IMG/VR virus record: IMGVR_UViG_3300017782_000002
Coordinates: 32,001 to 96,000 of that record
Source: a virus
Length of the DNA: 64,000 bases
Direction: 5' to 3' (one strand)
Below are positions 37,757-45,817 of the stretch, in pieces. Below the pieces are notes generated by a model. The model was given only the letters and a program-made list of their open reading frames with translations. It ran no database searches and was not told the DNA's origin. How positions within the stretch are numbered: the stretch's first letter is position 1; the number at the start of each line of letters is the position of its first letter. A program made the position numbers and the translations under genes.

Positions 37757-40700
37757 TGAATAATAAAGATATATTAGGATATAGTGATGGTTCTCCTTAC
37801 AGCAGTGAGCCTTTTATAGATATTAATACACCTAACGGACTTATAGATATGTCAAACACAGGAAGACCAATATTAGCAAACGGTGTAGAGCTTGCTCCTT
37901 ATTCTGGTTTACATAATATGGGCACAACTAATGTAAGAGAAATACCATTAGATAAATTTCAAGGTCCTTTAAGATTAGGTGAAGTTGGTAGAAAATTAAC
38001 AAACTTTTTTAAACCTAGAAATATTTTTAACTTCAGTAAAACTCCTATGACTCCTATGCTTACTAATAAGAGCTTTACTAAATTTGGAGATCCAGGTGAT
38101 GTAAGACAATATAACTTAGGTGATTGGACAAACTATATAAATGATGTAAATAATTTACAAAGACCTGCATTACCTTATAGTCCTGTACAAACTAGAAGTC
38201 TTTCTATAGGTAATGCTTTAGTTAACAATACAGATAAAGCAGGTAATATAAAATTATCTACACTACAAAATTTTACAAATAACTTAGATAGTAAAGTTAC
38301 AGGAGCACAAGTACAAGCAGACAAACTATTGTTACAAAGTACAATAGATGATTTAAAAATAACTAACCCAAGTCTTACGGATAAAAGCAAGATACCTTAT
38401 TCATTATTTGAATCAGAAGTAAATAAAAATATAATACAGTTTCAACCTAAATTAGTAAATACACATGCTCATGTAGGGATGGATGCATTAGGTTACAAAA
38501 TAAGAAAAAGTGAAGGAATTGGAGCTGTTACAAACAAAACAATACTTTGGCAAAATAATCAAATAGGTAATCCTATTAGTGATTCTCATTTTCCTACAAA
38601 TGAAAAGGGACCAACTTACGGACATACAAGATTTTTTAGTACAGACAAAAAACTTTTTAACATATTAGAATTACAATCAGATGAATTTCAAAGACCTTTA
38701 CTAGCTAAACTTAAAAAAGCTGATATACGTATTATTAGTGCTCAAAACAAAAAGAAGGAAAAACAAAACTTAATAGATAATTGGTCTCCAAATGAAAATA
38801 GCATAATGCCTCCAAACCAACAGTGGGCAAATTATAAGTCACAAGCAAATGAAGAAATAAAAAGATATGATGATCAAATTAAAAATGCAGAATATGATAG
38901 AGATCAAATTGGAGGTTTAATATCAACTAGATCAGCTAATACAAATAAACAAATAAATGCATTAGAAAAAAATCACATGTCAAGGATGTTTGCAGAAACA
39001 GTTAAGTATGCAGCAGACAATGGTTTTCAAACTGTAAGGTACCCTCACCAAAAAACAGTAGCTGTTATTGAAGGTTTTACACCAAGTATTGAAGATAAAG
39101 ATGTATTAGTAAATCCTTGGACACGAAGTAATACAGCTGATTTTGATGTGGCTATTAATGAGTTAAGTACAGGTAATACTTATGGTCATACTACAGTAGC
39201 TAAAAAACACGGACCTTTTGTAAATATACCTGATGAAGTAAATTCAGTATACTCTATGGGTAGCAACCCAAGAATAACACATGAAGAAAAAGGTTGGGCT
39301 CCAAAAAAAGATAGAAAGCCTAGAATGAATGCTTATGCAGATGATGAAAGTTATAGACAATCATTGTATGATGATGGATGGACTGATGCAGAAATTGCTG
39401 ATTATAACAGAAATATAGGTCACTGGAAAAATCAACATATATCTTTAGATAATAATGGTAAATACACTATGACTGTAAGAAATGCAGATGGTGATCAATA
39501 TAATACTGCTCCAGGTTGGGCTTCTCCAAGCATTGAAATACCAGAAGAAACTGCAAAGAATTTACAAGGAGGTTTATATCATATACAAGAGAATGGTTCT
39601 TGGCTTTATGTTGGTAAAGACAAAGATGCTGTTACTAAATATACACAGGATATAAGAGAAATAAATCATAAAAAAATAGAGCAGCCAGAAAGGCCGGTAT
39701 TTAACATAGATGACTACGGGGGTGTAAAATATAAAAAAGACAAAAATAAATTTCTTAAAGATGGTGTTACAGAAAATCCTAATTATAATAAACGTGCAAA
39801 AAATAGCAAAGGTGAACTTACTATGGAAAGAAAATGGTCTGATCAACAAACTATTCTAAGAAAATATAATGAAAAGGATTTTAAAAAATATTTAAAATCT
39901 ACTTTTGGTAAAGATGCAACTTACAAAGTAGTCTATGATGAAAAAGGATATGCTTGGTATGAGTTTGATTTACCTGTTAATTGGAAAGCAGGTGAAGCTC
40001 AAATTAAAGCTTATAAGCAAGGTGGTGAAATAGGAGGATATAGATTATCTAAGTTTAATGATGGAGGTGGAGTAGATTATTCTGACGCAGAAGAAGTTAC
40101 TATTAACGGACAAACTTATTACAGACATAAAGTAAAACCTACTCAAGGTAAAGGTGAAATAAGTTCAAAGTATGGTATATGGAATCAAGAAGCTGTCTTA
40201 AATTCAATTAATAGTAAATTTACTAATATAAAAGATCAACCTGATTATTCTAAAATGGTTAATAGAATGTGGGAAGGTGATTACGTATTAGTAGGAGGTC
40301 CTGAATTTGAACCACATGTACAGTATACAGAAGACAGAGGATCATATGCTAATTCATTTGAAAGCATTCCGCAAGAAGAACTATGGTCTGCAATAACTGC
40401 TATTGGACATATTGAAACAGGCAGCAAAGTAAAATATAAAAGACCAGAAGGTAGAAAATATAAAAACACAACTGATGACCCACAATACTTAGCAGACAAT
40501 CATCCATTTACAGGTATATATGAAAGTGGTATGGATAATGCATATGGCTTTGTAAGTAGTGCTAATGCTTTAGGTAGATTTGGCATTAAAGAAGTTCTTG
40601 TAGACAAATATGCTAAAGACATATTAGGATATAAAGAAGGAGAAGATTGGAGAGGTCAGTATCTTAAGAATAAAGAAGACCAACGTAAATTAATGAAACA

Positions 40701-41706
40701 TTTAATTACGCAAGTTTATCCTGATGAGCTTGTCCAAATAAGACACTTTCATCCAGAGACTTCTGCACAGTATTCAGATTTTGAATTATTAGCAGCTATA
40801 CACAAAGGTGGTCAAGGTAACGTTAAAAAACAATTGTCAGAGGGTCAATTTTCAGAACAAGCAGTTGTAGGTGATATATCAATGGGAGGATATACAAAAA
40901 GAATTATGAACTATCTAGATCCTGATTTAGATATATCTAACTCATCTTTCTTTATGAAAAATAATCCTGCACACAATTTCTTTAAAAACAAACCTAAATA
41001 TAAGTTTGGAGGTTCTACAAATAAAGAAGAAGTTAGAAATGAAATTATAGCTGACATGCTAGACAATGGAGCTTTCTTACCAAAGTTTAAACAAGGATCA
41101 GAAAAAAATATAGAAGGTGTTTTAGGTAACTATAGAATTAATAAGTCTTATGATAATAAAAGACAATTACCTTTTATAGAATATAATAGTAACTCTGAGT
41201 CTTTAGAAAACAATAGAATTTATTATGATAAAGATGATGCTGGTTATGATAACTTTAATATTATTGATGTATATACACAAGAAAATGATCAAAAGAAAAG
41301 ACACAATAGAATAAAAAATATAATTTATAAATATGATCAAGGGTTACAATTAAATCCTATTGAGTTAGAAACAATGAGAGAATTAGGATTATTAAACAAT
41401 CAACCTAGAAGACAAAAAACAACAGAACAAGTAGTTGTTAAACCTGTTAACAATGGTGTTGATATTCCTTTAGAAGATATTAATGCTTCAAAAGATCTTT
41501 ACAATAAAAAAGACGGTAACAATAAAGGTATATCACTAAAACATCAAATATCTATTTATTCTAAATTAATAAATGGTATCTTTGACAAAGATGAAAAACT
41601 AAAAAAAGTTAAAAGGGTATATGATAGACTAAACAGTCTATATTATAATGATGCAAAGGCTAGTAAGATGACTGTGTTAGACTACATGAAGTCATTAAAT
41701 AATTAG
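37756..41706 (+). CDS. Multidomain virion cargo protein (ELQSD-type domain, LysM-like, lytic-transglycosylase-like)
   Basis: HF..GHTR..LELQSDEFQ..AADNG; YYRHKVK..ISSKYGI; IAIGHIETG..ALGRFGI..LLAAIHKGGQGNVKK; several GG motifs. Confidence 0.65.
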   Translation: MNNKDILGYSDGSPYSSEPFIDINTPNGLIDMSNTGRPILANGVELAPYSGLHNMGTTNVREIPLDKFQGPLRLGEVGRKLTNFFKPRNIFNFSKTPMTPMLTNKSFTKFGDPGDVRQYNLGDWTNYINDVNNLQRPALPYSPVQTRSLSIGNALVNNTDKAGNIKLSTLQNFTNNLDSKVTGAQVQADKLLLQSTIDDLKITNPSLTDKSKIPYSLFESEVNKNIIQFQPKLVNTHAHVGMDALGYKIRKSEGIGAVTNKTILWQNNQIGNPISDSHFPTNEKGPTYGHTRFFSTDKKLFNILELQSDEFQRPLLAKLKKADIRIISAQNKKKEKQNLIDNWSPNENSIMPPNQQWANYKSQANEEIKRYDDQIKNAEYDRDQIGGLISTRSANTNKQINALEKNHMSRMFAETVKYAADNGFQTVRYPHQKTVAVIEGFTPSIEDKDVLVNPWTRSNTADFDVAINELSTGNTYGHTTVAKKHGPFVNIPDEVNSVYSMGSNPRITHEEKGWAPKKDRKPRMNAYADDESYRQSLYDDGWTDAEIADYNRNIGHWKNQHISLDNNGKYTMTVRNADGDQYNTAPGWASPSIEIPEETAKNLQGGLYHIQENGSWLYVGKDKDAVTKYTQDIREINHKKIEQPERPVFNIDDYGGVKYKKDKNKFLKDGVTENPNYNKRAKNSKGELTMERKWSDQQTILRKYNEKDFKKYLKSTFGKDATYKVVYDEKGYAWYEFDLPVNWKAGEAQIKAYKQGGEIGGYRLSKFNDGGGVDYSDAEEVTINGQTYYRHKVKPTQGKGEISSKYGIWNQEAVLNSINSKFTNIKDQPDYSKMVNRMWEGDYVLVGGPEFEPHVQYTEDRGSYANSFESIPQEELWSAITAIGHIETGSKVKYKRPEGRKYKNTTDDPQYLADNHPFTGIYESGMDNAYGFVSSANALGRFGIKEVLVDKYAKDILGYKEGEDWRGQYLKNKEDQRKLMKHLITQVYPDELVQIRHFHPETSAQYSDFELLAAIHKGGQGNVKKQLSEGQFSEQAVVGDISMGGYTKRIMNYLDPDLDISNSSFFMKNNPAHNFFKNKPKYKFGGSTNKEEVRNEIIADMLDNGAFLPKFKQGSEKNIEGVLGNYRINKSYDNKRQLPFIEYNSNSESLENNRIYYDKDDAGYDNFNIIDVYTQENDQKKRHNRIKNIIYKYDQGLQLNPIELETMRELGLLNNQPRRQKTTEQVVVKPVNNGVDIPLEDINASKDLYNKKDGNNKGISLKHQISIYSKLINGIFDKDEKLKKVKRVYDRLNSLYYNDAKASKMTVLDYMKSLNN

Positions 41707-41725
41707 ATAATGTGCTTGATTTTTA

Positions 41726-41734
41726 GTATATTAT
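41726..41734 (+). promoter_or_regulatory. Putative late promoter element GTATATTAT
   Basis: Identical to the elements at 18067, 19438 and 25122; 29 nt upstream of the ATG at 41764. Confidence 0.5.
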
Positions 41735-41763
41735 AAATGTGACAGTATAACTGTGTAAGAACT

Positions 41764-44700
41764 ATGGCAAGAAAATCAAAAAATAAAAAACAACAAACTT
41801 TTAATGTTTACCCATACCTAGGTGGGTATCAACACTTTATGAGGAATGGCGGTGCTTTACCTAAATTTGAAGAACAAGGTGAAACAGAAGAAACTCAGCA
41901 ACAAAAAATGAAAAGGTTGTATAAAGAACAATTTGGTGATAGAGATAAGTTTAGTTATCTTGGAGGATTAGGTAGAGTAGGCTTGTTTGGCAACATGATA
42001 CAAGGAGTAGGAAAGTTAGGTAATACTATAGGTGGGGCTTTCAAAAAAGAAAGTTATGACCCAGGAGGAAAATATTCAAAATTTGACCAACAAGGAAATT
42101 TAAGATTTGGTAGATCTAGTTTTACAAACACTACTGATGAAAACGCAATGCTACATGGAGATAACTTAAAAAAGTATCTCAGCATGTCAAAAAAAGAAAA
42201 AGAAGAATGGGTTAATAGTGGTGGACGTAATTCTGATTTATGGTGGTCATTAGATGATATGACTTATGGTAAACGTAACTTCATGGAAAGAAATGAAGAC
42301 GGTTTAGCAAAATGGGATGGTAGTAACTATAGAGTTGCTAAAGCAAGAAACGAAATGTTTAAAGATCCTGACACAGATGAAAGTTTGTTTAGTGTAAAAC
42401 AAAAAAACAAAGATGGCACGTTTACTTATTTTAATGAAGATGGTACTGTAAACTATAATAAAGACGGGCAAACTCAATATGATGTAATAGAAGAAAGCAC
42501 TGGTCCAGGAGGTTTAGCTGATGTCAATGCTGGTATAATGAATTTTGATTTTGATGTAGAAGGAGATAATAAATTAGTAAGCTTTGATCAAAATACAAAT
42601 CAAAAAATTACTACAACAGATCCTGAAGGTAATGTGACTGAAACAGAAAATAAAGTAAGTGGAACAACTCCTTATGATCCAAATAAAATTTATGGACCTT
42701 ACACAAAAGAATCTGAAACAGTAGAATCAAGACAAGAAAGAATAAATAGAGAATTAGAAGAAAACAGTGGGAATGATGAAACTTTAAGATACGGTAAAGA
42801 GCTTAGAGGCATGCTTACAAGATATGATGCAGGTGGTGATGCTGCTGATAATATGAATGACAGCACTGCATACTTTGATCATGATAGAACTGACGTACCA
42901 TTCTATGAGCATGGTGGACCACATGAAGAAGGTGAAACAAATTATCCTGGTCAAGTACAGCTACCTGGAGACATGGTTGATCCTGCAGCTAATTTTACAC
43001 CTCCTACTAGTGATCCTTTTGCACCATTACCAGGGTTTAACGGACCTGTAAATCTAGAAGCAGAATCAGAAGAGATTGCTAATTTTGAAAGACCAAACTT
43101 TGGTACAAGAATAAAAAACTTTCTACAAGGTAACAATGATTTAAACAAACCACCTACTCAAGCTGATGTTATGACAGATGACATGGTGGAAAACATAGAT
43201 AAACAAGTAGATCCAAATGCTCCAAGAGTATTAGACCCTACTAGTCAGAATGATATGCAGGGTGTAGCTACTGAAGAAGAAAAAGACATGGGTATTGATG
43301 TTAACTATGGTGATACTAAAGGTCAACAGATACTTAATAAAGCAAAAGAAATTAGTAAGACAGGTGCTATTGGTGCTGGCTTAGATATAATTGGTGGAGT
43401 ATCAGAATTTGCTGTAGATAAATTAACACCAGTTCTATCAAGTTTTGCAGAAGGTCAAGATAGACATGAGAATAAATTAAAATCTAGATCTAGAAGTGTA
43501 GAAGATTTTGCACCTATGATGGAAGAAACTGCAGGTACAGGTAACAGAGGTTTTTATGATGTAAATAAAGGAGGCTATGGAGATGACCTATATGGTACAG
43601 GAGAAATATATGGGCAAGCACAACAAGGTAAAGAATTAATGAATGAACAACCTGCTCCAGTAAGTATAAATGATTACATGAAAACAAACATGGATGTGTT
43701 AAGATTTAATAAAGAGCATTTAGATAAACAGAAATCTTTCTTAGGTGATTACAAAAATGGTGGAGCTTTACCAAAGTACCAAGCTCTTGGTCAAGTAAGT
43801 AATACTAGAAAATTATTTAATTATATAAATCCATTTAAATTTAAACTTGCTGATAATGTATTGTTTAGTGCAGGATCAAAAACAGAACCTTTTACTAAAA
43901 TAAACATGTTGCAGACAGGGGCAAATAAAGAAAACAACATAGGATTTTTAAATTTAAAATATGACAATCCATTAGGTGTTAGTTCTGAAATGAATAGTGT
44001 ACGTGAAGAGTTTAGAAAAATGGGTATTGCTACTGCGCTTTATGACGAAGGAGTAAAACAATCTATTAAGCAAGGTTATCCTGGTCTTATAAGTGGTGAG
44101 ACTTTAGATAGTCCAGAAGCTACAATAAACATATGGAAAAATTTTGATCTTGAAATAATGAATCCTGATAGAACTAGAATGGATAAGATTAAAGGGAGAA
44201 ATCAATTTGTAGATGCTGGTGATACTGATTTTAGTTCTCTTATAGTAGATGGAAAATATACAGGTAGTCCAGTAAGATTAAAAGGACTAAATAAAAAAGG
44301 TAAAACAAAATTAAGTGAGTTTAGAAGTTTCTTTGATGAATTAAGTGCTGAAGATAAAATGATATATCAAATGAATGCACAAAAAGTAGGTGGATTTAAA
44401 TGGGACATGCATTCACCTCTTGGTAGAAGTATATTAAATGGTTTTAGAACTAAAAAAGTTATAGGTGATGGTAAAACATTTACAGAATATAACAGACAGC
44501 CAATATACATAGCAGGAGGTTTAGGTGCTTACAGTCTAATGTCTGGTGACGGATTAGATTCAGAATTACAAGAAAAAGAAAAACAAATATATTTAGAGAA
44601 GAGAGCTAAAGAAGAAGGAATGACTGTAGAAGAATTTAAAAAATCTATAGATGATACTTCACGTATAATGAAAACTGATCCTAAACTATATGAATATTAT

Positions 44701-45813
44701 AAAGATTCTGCAGATGATTTGTATAAAGCAGGAGGTCAACCTGGGTTTTGGGCAAACGTTCATGCAAAAAGAAAAAGAGGAGAATCTCCTGATAAAAGTA
44801 AAGTCTCTTCAGAAACAGCAAAAAGATTTAATTTAAAATACGGAGCTGAGATACCTGAGTTTTTAAGAGGTGGAGGAACAGCAGCTGAAGGAGCAGTTTT
44901 ATGTGATGCTTATGATAAACCTGTAGATCCTGAAAAAGCTTGGGCTGCTGATACTGTAAATAATTATAAAGGACCTGGTATGAAATATGGTGGAACTTTA
45001 CCTAAATTCCAGGGACTAAAAAGAAGTGAGGTTAAAAATTACTCTAAAGCTTGGAATACAAATAAAAGAGACACTAAAGATATTATAAGTACATTAATGC
45101 AAGACGGATATAACTCAGAAACAGATACAATTATATCAAGTTATCATCCTTCTATGCCTATAGAAGATCAGCGTCATGGTCAAAGAATGCATAACCTTGC
45201 TACAAATGTTAATTCATCAGGTCTTTTACCTTTTATGCATTCATCAAGTGCTAATTTTGCAGGTGAACTAGGTGCTACGTATCCATTTGTTGATGCAACA
45301 GGTTATGGTTCATACTTAGCAGTACCAAAAATGAATGAAGGTGGAAACTGGTTTAGTAAAGCAGTAGACTATGGACAAACAGCATTGGGAGCTGCAGGAC
45401 TTACTCCTGGTCCAGTTGGTTTAGGTGCAGATGCTATTAATACAGGTATATCAGGAATTAGAGCTGGTTATAATAAATTTATTGGAGATGATGAATCAGC
45501 TAAAAAGCATACAGAAAACATGGCATTAAACGCTACGTCAATGATACCAGGGCCTGCAGGATGGGCAGCAGGTGCATCAGGTTTGGCAAAAGATATGGCA
45601 GGTTATGCTGGAGCAATAGATGATAACAAGAGTATAACTACACAAGTAGCAGATTCTATGCAAACAAAACCTTCTCAACCAACTATGGCTGTAAAAGGAA
45701 CTGGTGCAATAGACAATACTGCTAAACTTGGAGGAGAACAAGAAGCTGAAATAGATATGGATTTATATTATGAGTTAATGAAAGCGGGAGCTGATATTAA
45801 AATTTTAGGATAA
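41764..45813 (+). CDS. Multidomain virion cargo protein with GNAT acetyltransferase and PT-TG-like modules
   Basis: SVREEFRKMGIATALYD (GNAT motif A); LGAAGLTPGPVGLGADAIN (PT-TG-like); 11 GG/GxE motif copies. Confidence 0.65.
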   Translation: MARKSKNKKQQTFNVYPYLGGYQHFMRNGGALPKFEEQGETEETQQQKMKRLYKEQFGDRDKFSYLGGLGRVGLFGNMIQGVGKLGNTIGGAFKKESYDPGGKYSKFDQQGNLRFGRSSFTNTTDENAMLHGDNLKKYLSMSKKEKEEWVNSGGRNSDLWWSLDDMTYGKRNFMERNEDGLAKWDGSNYRVAKARNEMFKDPDTDESLFSVKQKNKDGTFTYFNEDGTVNYNKDGQTQYDVIEESTGPGGLADVNAGIMNFDFDVEGDNKLVSFDQNTNQKITTTDPEGNVTETENKVSGTTPYDPNKIYGPYTKESETVESRQERINRELEENSGNDETLRYGKELRGMLTRYDAGGDAADNMNDSTAYFDHDRTDVPFYEHGGPHEEGETNYPGQVQLPGDMVDPAANFTPPTSDPFAPLPGFNGPVNLEAESEEIANFERPNFGTRIKNFLQGNNDLNKPPTQADVMTDDMVENIDKQVDPNAPRVLDPTSQNDMQGVATEEEKDMGIDVNYGDTKGQQILNKAKEISKTGAIGAGLDIIGGVSEFAVDKLTPVLSSFAEGQDRHENKLKSRSRSVEDFAPMMEETAGTGNRGFYDVNKGGYGDDLYGTGEIYGQAQQGKELMNEQPAPVSINDYMKTNMDVLRFNKEHLDKQKSFLGDYKNGGALPKYQALGQVSNTRKLFNYINPFKFKLADNVLFSAGSKTEPFTKINMLQTGANKENNIGFLNLKYDNPLGVSSEMNSVREEFRKMGIATALYDEGVKQSIKQGYPGLISGETLDSPEATINIWKNFDLEIMNPDRTRMDKIKGRNQFVDAGDTDFSSLIVDGKYTGSPVRLKGLNKKGKTKLSEFRSFFDELSAEDKMIYQMNAQKVGGFKWDMHSPLGRSILNGFRTKKVIGDGKTFTEYNRQPIYIAGGLGAYSLMSGDGLDSELQEKEKQIYLEKRAKEEGMTVEEFKKSIDDTSRIMKTDPKLYEYYKDSADDLYKAGGQPGFWANVHAKRKRGESPDKSKVSSETAKRFNLKYGAEIPEFLRGGGTAAEGAVLCDAYDKPVDPEKAWAADTVNNYKGPGMKYGGTLPKFQGLKRSEVKNYSKAWNTNKRDTKDIISTLMQDGYNSETDTIISSYHPSMPIEDQRHGQRMHNLATNVNSSGLLPFMHSSSANFAGELGATYPFVDATGYGSYLAVPKMNEGGNWFSKAVDYGQTALGAAGLTPGPVGLGADAINTGISGIRAGYNKFIGDDESAKKHTENMALNATSMIPGPAGWAAGASGLAKDMAGYAGAIDDNKSITTQVADSMQTKPSQPTMAVKGTGAIDNTAKLGGEQEAEIDMDLYYELMKAGADIKILG

Positions 45814-45817
45814 AATT

